DNA of 64,000 bases, from contig NC_045696.1 in the NCBI RefSeq assembly GCF_009834535.1, positions 94,986,001 to 95,050,000 on the forward strand, given 5' to 3'. The notes under the pieces are model-generated. The model had not been told where the DNA came from. It searched no databases and was given only the letters and a program-made list of their open reading frames with translations. Shown here piece after piece: positions 1 to 14,319 of the stretch. The stretch is from Camelus ferus (taxonomy: Eukaryota). A program made the position numbers and the translations under genes. Position 1 is the first letter of the stretch, and each line of letters starts with the position of its first letter.

Positions 1-305
1 TTGGTATAAGTAGTAGAATAACATAAGTATATATTCTATTAATATCATATAATTGTAACACAGAATTCTTTTGTATTAGAACACTTATGCTGACAACTCA
101 TTAACTTGTGCACACCACTTTGTGATAAAAACACTCAAACTAGAAATAAAAGGGAACTTCCTTAACAGCACCTAGGAAAAACATCACACTTAATGGTGAA
201 AGATGGGAAAGCTTTCCCTCTTAAGATTAGGGACAGGACAGGATATCCACTCTTACCATTTTTATTCAGCATTGTACTGGAGGCTCTAGCTAAGACAATT
301 AGACA

Positions 306-386
306 AGAAAGAAAAAGAAAAAGAAAGGAAGGAAGGAAAGGAAAAGAAAGGAAGGAAGGGAGGGAGGAAGGAGAGGAGAAAGGAAG
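306..386 (+). repeat. Purine-rich (GAAAA/GGAA)n low-complexity expansion inside the L1 RT region
   Basis: aagaaagaaaaagaaaaagaaaggaaggaaggaaagg... interrupts the L1 IRQEKEIKGIQIG coding segment. Confidence 0.9.
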
Positions 387-1087
387 GATATCCAGATTTG
401 AAAGGAAGAAGTAAAAGTGTCTCTAACTACAGAGGATGTGATCTCCTGTACAGAAAATGCTAAGCACCATCAACAACAACAAGCTATTAAAGCTAATAAA
501 TGAGCTCATCAAGGTTGCAGGACACAGGATCAATATAGAAAAGTCAATTGTATTTTTATACATTTATACGTTAGCAGTGAACAACCTAAAAATAAAATTA
601 AGGAAACAATTCCATTAAAATAATATTAAAAATATTAAAATACTTCAGGAATATATTTAGTAAAACATATACCACATTTGTACACTGAAAACTGCAAAAC
701 ACCATCGAAAGAAAGTTTAAAAGCCTTAAATCAATGGAAAGCTACCTCATGTTCTTAGATTAGAAGACTTGATATTGTTAAGATGGCAGTAATCCACAAA
801 TTGATCTACTGATTCAGTGTACTCTCTGTCAAAATCCTATCTGCCATTTTTTTGCAGAAGTTGATAAGCTCTTCCTAAAATTCATATGGAAGTACAAAGG
901 ACTCAGAATAGCCAAAACAACCTTGAAAAAGAACAACAAATTTGTGGGAATCACTCTTCCTAATTTCAAAACTTAATACAAAGCTACTGTAATCAAGACT
1001 GTGGTATTAACATAAGGAAACACACCTAGATTAATGGAATAGAACTGAGATCAGAAATGAACCCATACCTTTATGGGCAACTGATTT

Positions 1088-1133
1088 AGAAAAATTTTTG
1101 AGTTGAATTATAGTTGATTTACAGTGTTATGTG
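1088..1133 (-). mobile_element. Ultra-short L1 3' tip inserted in the older L1, 15-bp TSD
   Basis: Flanked by atgggcaactgattt (1073-1087) and atgggcaacagattt (1134-1148). The minus strand reads cacataacactgtaaatcaactataattcaac, similar to the L1 3' end at about 43155-43190. Confidence 0.8.
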
Positions 1134-4100
1134 ATGGGCAACAGATTTTTGACCAGGGTGCCAAACAATTCAATGGGGAAAAGCATAGTCACTTCAACAA
1201 ATAGTGCTGGGAAAACTAGATATCTTTATGCAAAACAATGAAGTTTTACTCCTAACACCATATACAAAAATTAACTCAACATGGACCAAAAACCTAAATG
1301 GTAAGAGCTACAATTATTAAACCCTTGGAAGAAAACATAGGAGTAAACTTTTACAAGCTTGTATTTGGCGATGGTTTCTTAGCTAGGTCACTTAAAATAC
1401 AAAAAAAAAAAAAAAAAAAAAAAGAACATCACCAGAATTTAAAATTTTGTGCTTCAAACAATGCTATCGAGAAAGTGAAAAGACTATCCACAGAATCCAA
1501 AATATATAAGAAACTTTCACAATTCAATAATAAGAAAGACATGCAATTAAATATGGGCAGAGGATTTGAATAGACCTTTTCCAAAGAATACATACAAAAA
1601 GTCAATAAGCACATTAAAAAATGCCCACCATTTTTAGTCATTAGGGAGGTGTAAATCAAAACCATATGAGATACTACTTCATATTCACTAGAATGGCTAT
1701 AATCAAATAGATGGACCTTACCAAGTTTTAGTGAGGATGCAGAGAAATTGGACCCCCCTTAACATTGGTAATGGGGAAGTAAAATGGTGCATCTCCTTTG
1801 GAAAACAGCCAAGCAGTTCCTCAAATGGTTAAATGTGGAATTACCACATGGCCCAGCAATTCCCCACCTAAGTATAAACCCAAGAGAATTGAAAACATAT
1901 TGTTGCATAAAAACTTAAACGTAAATGTGCATAGCAGCATTATTCACATATCCAAAACAAGAAAACCACTCAAATGTCCATTACTGATGACTCGATAAAC
2001 AAAATGTGGTATATCCAAACCCGGGGATATTATTCAGCCAAAAAAAAAAAAAAAAAGAATGAATTACTGATGCATGCTACAACATGGACAAACCTTGACA
2101 ACATTATGCTGAGTAAAAGAAGCCAGACACAAAAATGCTACATATTGCGTGATTAGATTTGTATGAAATGTCTGGAAAAGGAAAATCCCTAAAGACATAA
2201 AGTAGATACTGATTACCAAGAACCAAGGGATAAGGGAATAAGGAACAAATGCTAATAAGTCCAGGATTTCTTTCCAGGGTGATAATATTCTGAAAGTAGA
2301 TAGTAGTATTTGCTCTCTAATTTTGTGAATATATCAAAACCCATTGACTGTATACTTTTAAAGTGTTAATTTTATGGTAACAAAATAATAATTAATAATT
2401 TTTATGTAAATTACATAAGAAAAAGATTCATTTTAAAATGAGTGATTTAAAGTATGTAGTGATGGATAGTAGATGTTAATAAATCTTTGTTGAAAGAATA
2501 AATGCATTGTAACTGATTAATCGCAGAAATTATAGAAAACACCACCACACTGAAGACAATTAAGAATTTAATCATTGTAAGTAGACTACTAAGTCAGAAA
2601 ACAGTTATTTTTGAGGATGACAACTGTGACAGATACTTAAACGATTTTCCGTTAAAAAAGAAAGTACCAATTTTTTCCAAGTAACTTTACGTAAAACCAT
2701 AAAGTAATAGCTAAATATAGTGTTGTCAAAAATGACCTGACGAGTTATTCAGGATGGATATTGAATAGGCTCATTAGAGTTTCATTTTTAAGAATTGTGA
2801 TTTTGCAGAGGTTTCAGGTTAACACAGAATTTTAGGGGAGATTAATCAACTCTGACTAACAACAAAAGACTGTAATCATGCTAATCCAAGAATTGTTCTT
2901 GAACACATTTTGTACCTAAAATTGATGAAAAGACTTCTTATCTTTCACCTTTCAGTTAGGAGACATATTTTAAAGGATGATTATATTTCATACAAATTTT
3001 TTTAAAGATAGTGATCAATTTTGACTTCATTTAAGATGAATGCAAAGGAAATGGAAGTTTGATAAAGCGGCTCTGTAAATATTCATTGCTAACATTTTAA
3101 TTCTTATAAAAATGATTTTATCTAAGGTATATATAAAACATGTACATATATGTATATGTGGATAGCATATGTATATACATACATATGCACACACATGGAT
3201 TATCAAATATATATGTTTGATTCAGGCAATTAAAGGCTGAATCATACCAGTTATATATTTCAAAGAAGAAAATTTTAACTATAAATGCTAGTTATAACTA
3301 AAAATAAGACACACTTTTAGGTTGTAATGCTGTTAGCTTAGAGAACATTGTTGTGTTGAAACCGACCATCAATTTGACTCAAGCAGTGAATACATGTCTT
3401 AATTAAGTTTAATGTTCTTGGTGGTGAAAGTGCACGTTCTTGGTATATGTCAAACGGTACTGAGATGCACTAATCCGACAGCTCTAGAGTAAATCTAATT
3501 TTGGTATCAGTATCTTTGCTTAGTAAAAGAATGAGAAGAAGTGAACACACTCACTTCAACCTGGCTTAGATTTTATAATGAATACATAAATGCACCTATT
3601 TTCAGATTTTCAAGTGTCTCAAGTTTATTTTGAGGTTCTTAATAATGATATTCACTCCTTCGGTTAGGATGTTGCTTTTGCTCAGTGACATCCTCAAGAT
3701 TCAGGGATCACAATCCTTAGAGTGACTACTTAAGAGGCATTGTCCCCTAGTCATTGTGCTTTCCTACAAAATGCTGCCAGAAGAGGATGGCAGAAACCTA
3801 AGCACAAACATAATTCAAAAGAGAAAGTGCCCACTGAAATACCCATGGTTATCCCTTGTCAAACTGTCTTATTTTTCCAATTGATGAACTGAGGTGCAGG
3901 GAGGCATGTCCAAGATCACAGATGGCATGCCTAGGGCTTGAGATCAGGCTCTCAACATCCACCCCATGCCCATTCTGCTACATCTGTAACTAATATGCAT
4001 GTCATTTTGTAGCAACCCTTCTCTTAAATGTGGTGAAGAAAGCACCAGAAAATTTCCCTTCATTTTCATCGAAGTTATGTGTGCTGTTTCAGTCCACTTC

Positions 4101-4289
4101 ATAGTACCAGTATAGTGAAATGAACGTAATTCTGGTGGAAGAGAGATTTCTCTCACAGCCATGGAAGCTTAAAACACAAAACAGTTCTCATCTCTCCATG
4201 AAAACTTCTAGACTGGTGATAAGCAAGCTTTATATTCACATCATCTCCATTTCAATGTGGTCACAGCTTTGACCTCTGTTTTTCTTACT

Positions 4290-5780
4290 TAGCATAATTG
4301 CACATATATACTCTGTGTTGCCCTGTGTAGTTCATATTTCTCAGCTTCCAAAGCTGCCTAATATATTATTATTTGGAGCATTAGGTGCTCCTACAGATGG
4401 ACATCTAAGTTGCTTACAGTTTTCCTGTTTGTTTTAGAGAGTGTAACAGTTAATATATTTTAAAGATTTTCTCTCCAAGTTTTATTATTGCCTTAGGTTC
4501 AATGTTTAGATATGGGATTAACCTGATGACCAGTATCTACAGTTTTAATTATTGTTCTTCTTTCTCTTCTCCTCCTCTTCTCCCTCTACCCTCCCCATTT
4601 ATGCTCTTCTCCTTCCTTTTCTTCTACGAGCAACAAAGACTGATGGAAGCTATGGAGAATCAAGACTCACTTGGTGGATTGACATAGGCCAATGACTAAT
4701 GAATGGCAGTAGATTAATCCCTCCACTCAGCCGTCTCAAAAAAAAAAGGGCTTTCAATATGTACCTTTCAGTATGAGCTGACACAAGCTGTCAGGGCAGA
4801 AACCTTAAACTCTTCAAGGGATGGGAGCTTGTGGCCACAACAGAACTCATCAAAGTGACAGAGGTGACCTGAGCCGTTGCCTCCCTCATGGTTTACAGAC
4901 CATATGGTAACTGTGACCACTTCGATTTGGAAATCGCTCAGCTCCAGGGCAATGGGAATTGGTTTCCATGGTTTCAAGTTGCCTTCACTGGCAACAGTTA
5001 ATACACATGTTCCATTGGTTAGGGGAAAAACAACTCAGGGCAAGCATTTCAACAGTCATACTCATGCTACCCTGGACAAAGTGGTCAGCAGCATTATTTG
5101 CACATGGTATTTGGAGAGAGAACAAAGGAGGATGAGGGAAAGGCACTGGCATTTATTGAGCACTGTTATTGTGGTGGTTGGTGATTTATAGACGTATTAT
5201 TACATCTGGCTGTCATGATGAGGCTGTGAGCTGTTTTCTAGGTGCCCCCCAGAGGGTAAGACACTTGCTCAAGGTTGCTCATTAGTGGCTGATTAGTGGT
5301 TGAGCTGAGATGTGAATTGACATCTGTCCAATTTCAAAGTGCTGGTTTGAATTGTTCTTAATTCCTATCATCATATTGCTCCTCCAAAGGGCTCTACCAC
5401 TTGAAATGTTACTGATAATACACAGGATATGTCTTTCATTGCATCCTCACCAATAATGGGTATTATTGCTAAAAATTTTTGCAGATAATCCAAATACTAT
5501 ATGTTGTATTAATTTATTTTCTGTTTTCATGTTTGGTAAATTATTAAATATAGAATAATTATTAAGTATTATCAGAACAACAATTAAGTATAGAAAAGTA
5601 TAAATTATTGTAAGGAATATAAAATATAGAAGATATTAAAAATAGGAAAATGACTACTCTCTTTTTATGTGTTTGTGGATTCATTACCTCTTGAATACAA
5701 ACTGCCTTCTTCCTTGATCCATTAATATTAATATTATATTTATTTTAATATTATGCTCAGTTTTCTTTAAATTTTTATTC
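4290..5780 (-). mobile_element. Fragmented old L1ME-like remnants (about 4290-4530 and 5380-5780), interrupted by unique sequence and a MIR (about 5150-5345)
   Basis: Antisense L1 3' motifs gatggacatctaagttgcttacagtttt and catcctcaccaataatgggtatt. Antisense MIR motif acttgctcaaggttgc...gagctgagatgtgaa. Confidence 0.55.
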
Positions 5781-8546
5781 ACTAATTATGAACTCATAAC
5801 AACTGCTAAATGCTTTGTGCATATAACTGACCCTATGCGAAGACTTTACAACTCTTACCATCAAAGAGCTCACAGTCTGTCTGGAGAAACAGTTGGAAAA
5901 GCCAAGTATTAAAGTACCAAAGGGCAGGGGTTTGCAAAGTTGCTCCTTTGCTCCTGTTTCATTTCCATGCTTCACAGGTGGAATCACAAACGTGCTACGG
6001 AGGAAACCTGGAAACCTGCAGCGTGGTGGCTCTTTGCTGCTCTTGGGCCTCCTCTGTCTTAACACAGACTAAGCTCCCCTGTGAGTCAGAGGAGGCCTGG
6101 AGTTTGTGTTCGTGTCAGCCAGGGCAGGCTTTGAGACATTGAACCACCCTCCCAGGCCCTGGAACTGACTCAGTCACCTCAGTGAAATTCTCTGGAGAAT
6201 GATATGGAACTGTCAGTCCTTTAGCCCTATCAGCATACCCCATCCTGTTTTCTTATTCCACTCTTCTGACTGCCAAGATGACTATTCATAGCCCTGTCTT
6301 GTCTCCATGGGATGCTCCCCATGTAAGAACATGGTCACGTGCAATGCATTGAAGACGTAACAGGTGTAGGATGTTCTGAACCCTGAGGTGCGTCATACAC
6401 TTTTGAGTTTTTACTTCAGTCTTCCTTGAGTTATTTCTGTGCTGGAGTGATGAGTTGTGCTCAGCCACAGATACATTCTCTTTTTTCATAGGTCAGGACA
6501 ACACAACCAGATGAGTAGCGGCTTGTACAGTGGCTGTGGAGATGGAGATCAAGGTTCTCCTACCCCTTTGGTGAGAGGCTAACTCTGTGCGGTAATTATA
6601 TCTTTTTTCATACATTTTTAAAGAACAAAGTACAATAACAATCAACTGGAAACGTGTTTACAGTATTATCAAATGTTTGGAAGATTTAACTCATACTGCT
6701 TGGGGTGGTCATGTGGCATATTGGAGGAGAGAGTGATTACTCCTCGAGGGGCATGGTCTAAATTAGAATTTCATTTCCCAAGTTTAGATAATGAGGAAAG
6801 TCATTGGAAAGGAGAATGGAACAAAGACAGTTCAACTATTAAACATCAACACTGGAGGAAAAAATTTAACAAATGCACTAACTACTATGTTCAGTTAATT
6901 TTAAGAACTAAAGAAAACAGTGTAAATGATTTAAAATCCATAAAAATGTATATATTAAAGAATTAGAAATTCATATGAAAAGTGAGATAATGCTAATAAT
7001 GAATTGTACCCCCTAACCTCATTGTTTTGTGGCCCTTTATATTTGAAATAGTCTCTGAGGTGCATATGATAGGCAGATAGATAAAATGTCTTTAATATTA
7101 ATTAGACCTCTGGTAACTTTTTTAAGGAAACATATAGGAATGCACATTAAAAATTACATTGCAGAGATGAAGGTATTTTGAGAACAGCATGCATAGTTGT
7201 GCTTGAATATTATTTTTAAACGCAGTGAAATATAGATTGTGATTAGGAATCAAGGCAAGGAAAAGTTATTTCTTCTGCTTTGGGAGCCCTATTCTTGGCA
7301 AATGATTTAGATTTATACTAGAGATGGACCACTTCACATATCCAGTCCTAAAGGTGAAGCTTCCAGTGATGAAAGTGATCTGAAAGCTTCACTCCACACT
7401 TCCTTTGAGCTCTGTCTGATATTACGTGGACTTCAGCTGGAGAGTGTGTTGTGAGATTATAATGAATCCCAGGAGCAGAAACAATCAGTCCCATCATTCT
7501 CAGCCTTATTTAAAGGATGATTTGTACAGTAACATGAGCAACAAGAAATCTGTTCTCCTCCTCCAGCTGGAATAGTCACGCTGGGCTGATCTGTTTAATA
7601 ATCACCAGCTAAATATTTACAATAATGAGTGGCTTTTGTTTTAAAGCTCAGTCAAGAAAATTGAAACTATGATGAGTTTACTTCCAGCAGTAACAAATTG
7701 AAATTCTTGATTTGAGAGAAAGATAACCATATATGGTATAACATTTTTATTCATGTTGGTAATACATGCGAACACAGTACTAATGGGTGTGAAATATTGA
7801 GTTCTTCTCAGCCAAGGCTTACCAGAAAGTCACGGATGGTTTTCATTGTTAATTTAATGCTTAAACTACTAGCTGTTCTCTCTAATATGTACCAAAAATG
7901 ATAAAAGCATGAACTAATTACCCAGCATGTAAAATCAGCTTTGTGGGATTATCCTCTAGTATTTTAATCGGATTTCATGAGAATGTAACTTTGCTGTATT
8001 TAATTCAGTAGAAAAAAGATAAAACTGTATTTAAAGATGATTTAGCTTTTTGTAATGAGCTTTGACAGAAAGAAGCAAATATTGAAGAGAATACTAAGAA
8101 AAAAAGAGATTGAGCTATTTCATGATGACCTGTCACACACCAGCTAGACAGTAATGTGTCTTTCAGGACAGTGGCCAGACACTGCAGAGACGGGGCCCAA
8201 TTTTGGGGCCCCTCACTTCATCCTCTGCCCTGCAATCATATCCTCCTTCGGGGACCTCCAACATGCAGTTCCCCTTTCCACTTTAAGCAGCATTAGCGGT
8301 CCTGTGCTCTCTCTGCAACGTGTCTCTTCACTGCCCAGCCCCCTGGGGATCCTTAGCCACACTTCCTAAGTTTGTAGTCTTTGTGTGTGCAAGTGTGTAA
8401 AGTAAAACATTCATGTAGGGAAGCGCACAAAAGGATACAGCTTCAAGATGTATTCCTTTTACTCTCATACTGGTATCTGTTGAGAAACACAAGTTCATTA
8501 TTTAAATGTACTCCAAGCTGTGATCTTTTCCTTCATAGTGAGTGTT

Positions 8547-8568
8547 GTGTGTGTGTGTGTGTGTGTGT
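8547..8568. repeat. (TG)n microsatellite
   Basis: Direct reading of the sequence. Confidence 0.95.
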
Positions 8569-9049
8569 CCTATCTCGTTTTTTTTTTTTTTTTGTACCCA
8601 AAGTGGTGAAGGTATTATGTTGCTTTCAAAACCTTTCATTGTTTGGCCTTGCACAGTTAACATGGAGTCACTTTGTGTGTGTACTTTTTATTTGGTATGC
8701 GGTGGAACTCAGCATTCCAGTCAGAGAGAGTAGCCAGTGAAGACTTAAAGGCAGGAGCTTGCATCTGATGAGGAGGGAGCTGGAGCTGATGAATGAGGCA
8801 AGAGGAGTGAGACGCGAAGTGGCAGACACAGACATAGGACTTAGCTGAAGATTCAGCTTCACTCTCTTGTTGAATGGCATATCCAAGTTCTTAGATGTAA
8901 TAATTATATCTAAAGATACACTAGAGAGCTTTATACCTCTCAGTAATCTTTTTTTTTTTTCATTTTCTTCTAAATGTCTGGATTGCTGTTGGAGAGTTGG
9001 GAACAGGAGAGTGATACTCTAAGACTTAAAGTTTTAAGAGTCAACTCAA

Positions 9050-9290
9050 TATTGTGAGAATAATTAACAGAGAATCAAAAGTAAATGGAGGTGAACAGCT
9101 AGGGAACTTCTGCACTTGGCCAGGTGTGAGATGACGGAGGCTTGGACCAGGATCTTAACAGTGGAGGTGGGAAAACATGGACAGACTTGAGGTTTGGTTT
9201 AAAGGAAAGCCAACGAGATTGTGTGATGAATCAGATCAGGGTATGAAATATGATTCCAAGGTGATAGTATTTACAGAGATAGGAGAAGTA
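9050..9290 (-). mobile_element. L2 fragment
   Basis: ccaggtgtgagatgacggaggcttggaccagg...gtggaggtggg is typical antisense L2. Confidence 0.6.
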
Positions 9291-12078
9291 TCAGTTAAAA
9301 TTTCACAGGCTCAGTGAAATTCTAGTCCAAGTTGTGAATGGTTCCAAAAGTAGCCTATACTGCCAACTTTGCACTTGATGGTAAAGAGTCATCTTATGTT
9401 TGATAATGCCTTCCTGGTTAATGTATAAGCTCACCAACCCCATTCCTCAAAATAATTGTAAGGAATAATTTCTAGATATTTGTTACGCAGTCTCAGAAGC
9501 ACTATTTGATTCCAGCATCCCCTTGAGTGGTCGGTAGGTCCATCAGTCTCCTTAATTTTCATAGAAATTTAGATAAAATGTTTAGTAGATAGTGAAGCTG
9601 GATCGTCAGCTAAGTCTTAGGATTCTAGAATTCCTAACTTCCTTTGTATGTTTTCTGTAACCTCTGTAACAGCAATATCAGTGGCTGAGCACACTCAGAA
9701 AACCTTTGCTAACTGGTTTATTGAATGGGGCACACCTGCTGTATCTAGGCAAGAGAAGGAGCTTAGCCATCCACCGATTACACCAAGACGCCCGGAGCTG
9801 GAATTCTGTTTCTTCTCCTTAATGGTTGTATCTGTTACTAAGTTTTTTTCTAGAAATATTTAACTTTTAAGGCCTAACCTATGTTATAATGAAAGTATAT
9901 GGACATACCCTGGGATTATGCGCCTGCTCACTTTTCTTAATCTATTTGTTTGAATTCTCTTTTGTGAATGAGTGTGAACTGAAGCAGGAGAGATAAAGAA
10001 CAAAATACTATTTCTACCTGAGCTTTAAAATTCAACAGAAAGCGTGACTCGTCAGCAGCAATTAGTGTGCAAACCCAGATGGTCAGATGAGACAGACCAT
10101 CAGCAAATTTTATTAATTTCTTAAGGAAATGTTTAATGCTGAGATGGAGTCTTCAGAAATGTACCTAAAGTATGTTATTTTTCCAATAGGCTAATTTAAT
10201 TAATTCCAGCTGGATTAATTTGGACACATTGCCACTGTTTATCTAAAGAGAAGGAACAAGTACAGTAAGTTCTCATGCAGTGGGGTGAACAGCACAAGAC
10301 GGAATCTCTAACACAACATGAATTTAAGTAACAAGAATGTATAGTCTGCATGTATTGAATTGTCCCTCTCAGCGTAAGAGTGCTGATGGACTTACAATAA
10401 CTGGCATTTATAACCTTCACAAAGCACCTGTGCATATCATCTTGATCTTCACCCTCATCCTTAGTAACATCAGGTTTACATTCATCACATGCTTGTGTCA
10501 GGCACCATGCCCAAAGCTTCATGTACAGTATCTTATTTAATTTTTCCTAGTAACCTGCAAGTTAAGTGAACTGATTAAGGTTTTGGTGGTAAGCAGGACT
10601 GATGGACTTCGCCTAACTTGAGCAATATAAAGAATATGCTTAAACTGAAGACTGGAACTTAGGCAAAGTGGAGGGCGGTCTTTGAAGTCAACCAGTTCCA
10701 ATGTTTTTTCAGACTTTATGAGATTCTAGCCAAGGTTCACATTCTTAGGACAGTCTATTTGGTTTGACTCTGCTGTTGTATTCATCCCCTTGTCCATCCT
10801 GACTGAGACTAACTTCTGAGCTTTGAAGGTGGAACTAAAGGAAAGTTCCTTTTCCTCTAACCATGTTGGTATTTACGTAGAGAATATAGCTAACCAGATA
10901 CAAGTTAAGAAGAAAAAGTGCGAGAGTTAATGCTGCCTCCCAGGTTTCCAGACTCAGTGGCGAGTAAGGGGAGGAATCCCAGGATATGCACAGATGGCAA
11001 AGACGTGGTCGGATGGTTCCTAAAGCCCACAGGTTCCTAAGGAGCTGGATCTGTCTTGGCTCCTCAGTAAGAAACAGAACTTCCGACTGTGAGTCCAGCA
11101 GGTTTAATAGCAATGAGACAGCTGGGCGCCCATGGCGTGCACGTCCAACTTTGCCCCGGAGCCCTCTCTTCTGCGGGTCTCATCGTATGCAGGAAGTACA
11201 GACTTCAAGACACAACAAGCAGCAAATATGAGAGGAAACTGTCAGGAGAAGGAAAGCTACTGGAGTGAGTGTGGATTGGTGGAGCAGGGAGAAGGTGAGC
11301 CTGTGGTCAGGGGTCAAGAGCAGCAGCAGAGAAAGGGATAATCAATTAAGTTCTGCCCTTCCCCTCTCTGCTCCCTTAGGACAGTCACTGCCGTCCCCTG
11401 GCCTCACAGTTCTGTGGCAGGTACCCACGGGGCCGATGTCCTCGGGAGACGTGGCAGAGCAGACCTGAGGCCTGGTTGGGCCTGAGAGTTGATGACAACT
11501 CGTGCTCCCTACCAGCCTTGGTGTTTTGCCTTTTTACCCCATCCCTTCTTCATGCTCATGGTGGGTGGATTACTCCTCAGGGCAGTGACTTCCTGCTTTT
11601 CCTGGAGCATTTAGAGCTAAGCAGAAGTTGGTCAGATGGTGGCAAATAAGAATAATTTCTTCTTATGACGGGTAGAGTGTGTCCTTCAGGTTTTCCCTAA
11701 TACTCATTCCAGACAGAGTAACTGAGATCTTTAGGGCAACCTAAGCTTACAGGTTAAAATAAGGAACCCTATAAGAATAGCTGCTTAGAATAAGAAAAAA
11801 AAACCCTGGAAAACATGCCATCTGAGGCAAATGCTATTATTATTATTATTACTAATCATGCTACTCACACTAGTATAAAAGGTATTCCAAGAAATATAGA
11901 TGGTGGTCAGAAAAAACAATGAAGTTGTGAAGGTTGAAATGATGTACAGAAAGTGTCCAGTGCCTGGAACACAGTAGGTGGGTAGTAGGTGTAAATTTCT
12001 CCCCTGCTTTTTAGAATCACACTCATAGAAAGTGAGGAGCCAGATTTGTGTCTATCTTTCTTTACTAACTTCAGGCAT

Positions 12079-12577
12079 TGTTTTAATTTTCTGAAGCTGA
12101 TACTACAAATTAGCACAAACGTGTTGGCTTAAAACAATAGAAATTTATTATCTCACAGTTCTCGGGGCCAGAGTCTGAAATCAGTATCACTGAACTGAAA
12201 CCAGGGTGTTGGCAGGGCTGTGCTTCTCCTGGAGAATCTTCTCCTTGCCTCTTTCAGTTTTCTTTAAGGAGTGGCTGCTGACAGTACTTGGTTCATAGGA
12301 TGCGTTACTCCAGTCTTTAAGGCCAATAGCTTCCAATCTCCCTCTGCTCTGTCCTCACACCCCTTCTCTTTGAGTATCAGATCTCCTTCTCTCTCTTTTA
12401 GGGACACCTGTGATTACATTGGACCCACCAGGATAATCTAAAATAACCTTCTTATCTCAGAATCCTTAACTTGATTACATCTACAAAGTTTTTGTTTTTG
12501 TTTTGTCATATAAGGTTCTAAAGATTCATAGATCCTAAAGATGAGGATGTGAGATCCATTATTCAGCATACACCACA
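12079..12577 (-). mobile_element. MaLR (MLT1-family) solo LTR
   Basis: Diagnostic ggcttaaaacaatagaaatttattatctcacagttct, ggacccaccaggataatct...ccttaacttgattacatct, and terminal ccattattcagcatacaccaca. Confidence 0.85.
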
Positions 12578-13493
12578 AGAACTTACATCTACCCATAGTA
12601 AGTGCTCAGTAAATATTTGCTGAGTAAAGCCTCTTTTCATAGCCTTTTCCCTCTGCCTCTCCCAGCCTCTATGATCTGATCTGTATTGTTGATAGTACTT
12701 TGCCTACCTTCATCTCTCTCTAAGTATGCTATTTATACATGGTTTCTCCCCACCGTTCCTTGTGATCATTTAACAAGTGTTTTGAAGCAACGTCATTGTA
12801 AAGGAGGAACTCTAGACATGTAGTCTGGAACCAGAAGTTGGCTTTAAAATTTTGAATTGGGATGGAAAGTAGCAAGCAACAAAAGGATGGTTCATTTGAA
12901 CACCTGTTATCTTTACAAGTCTACTCATTTTGCTAGCCATTTTTCCTATGAGTAAATCAGAAAGACTCTGAGGACTTCTGTAACTTAAAAGTGAATATGT
13001 TTGCCATCAGAAGTGTAAGCTATAAGATTGACATATCATGGATAACTCCAGAGTGGTCTTGAAGACAGTGGTTTTCATAGTTGAACAAAGAGTATGGTTT
13101 TCAAAGGTCATACGGCTATTAAAGGTGACACAGTCAGCAAGGGAATATTTAAACACACGAAACACGAGCAGAAGTGACTGGACTCTTGGATAGAGTGTAT
13201 GTTCTGAGTCATGGATTGATACGGTCTCAATGACTCGGGCTGTGGGTGAGAACATATTTTGCTTTCATACTCCTTAAAAAGCCTGCTGTAGTTAGGGAGC
13301 ATTTCATAGTCATCTCCCAGTTCTCAAGATAATTATAGTTGGCCTTTGTCTTCCTACATAGAATTGTTCACAAACAGATAATGAACTTGTGATGGGGACA
13401 CACAGTCAAGGGACTGTATGCCCACAGCTCTCACCACAAGCAAATGAATTAGAATTCCACTTCTTTATCCCTCTCCTATTATGAGACTTCTGA

Positions 13494-13900
13494 ATTCATT
13501 CACTGAGTCAAGAAATACTTACTGAGCATCTACTGTGTCTCTGATACTTAGTGAGGTGCTGGGCATATGACGGGGTTGCTGATGGACCTAGCCTCTTTCT
13601 GCATTTCTCTGTACCAACAAAATCCTATCCTGCAAAACTTCATCTGATTACAAAAAACAAGTGAATAAGCTGATGGATTAGACAAATACACCATCAAAAG
13701 CAACAGCAATAAAAACATCTCCATCAAATTATCCACAGTCACAACTAAGGTAACACGAAGCCTGGTATCAATATTCATTTCTTTATTTATTCATGATGAA
13801 CATACATTGAGCAACTAATGTATACCAGGCATTGTGCTGGCTATGAATGATACACAAAATGATTAACAAGAAGACCATAATGGATGTTTGTTTAAGTAAT
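13494..13900 (-). mobile_element. Two L2 3'-end fragments
   Basis: attcattcactgagtcaagaaatacttactgagcatctactgtgt and attcatttctttatttattcatgatgaacatacattgagcaactaatgtataccaggcattgtgctgg. Confidence 0.75.
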
Positions 13901-14319
13901 GAACTAATTAGGCTCAGAGGACATTGAAATAAATTAGAATTATTGAAGAAACTAAATAATAACATCTTGGTTACAAAAATAACAGATGTGATAATAGGTA
14001 GACAATATGGTTGAGTAATACAGATAAATCAAGAATAATGTATCTTCAAGTCTTTGTTACCAAAAAGAAGTAAAAATATGAGACTTAGTCTAAAATTGTA
14101 CATCCAAAAAAAAGTTCCAAAGTTGAAAGACAACAGACTTCAATACATAATGGTTTCAAGTGACAGAAAGTCTAATTAATAAAACTATGTGAGAAGTTCC
14201 TTTATCAAGAGAAAATTAAAAAGGAGTTTCAAATAAACTGATTTCTGCATCAGACTACATAGTGTAAGCCAAAGTGCAGACACTGTAAATGTAATTAAAA
14301 TAACAATTAGATTAGTATC

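Larger units (their letters stand above)
112..2425 (+). mobile_element. Old LINE-1 (L1M, probably L1MB-like), 5'-truncated: decayed ORF2 RT-to-C-terminus plus 3' UTR
   Basis: ORF 193..414 (KAFPLKIRDRTGYPLLPFLFSIVLEALAKTIRQE) matches the L1 RT motif [33 protein letters not shown]. Downstream ORF pieces (MWYIQTRGYYSA, TTWTNLDNIMLS) match the ORF2 C-terminus. Many stops and frameshifts. Ends in an L1M-type 3' terminus (ccattgactgtatacttttaaagtgttaattttatgg). Confidence 0.95.
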
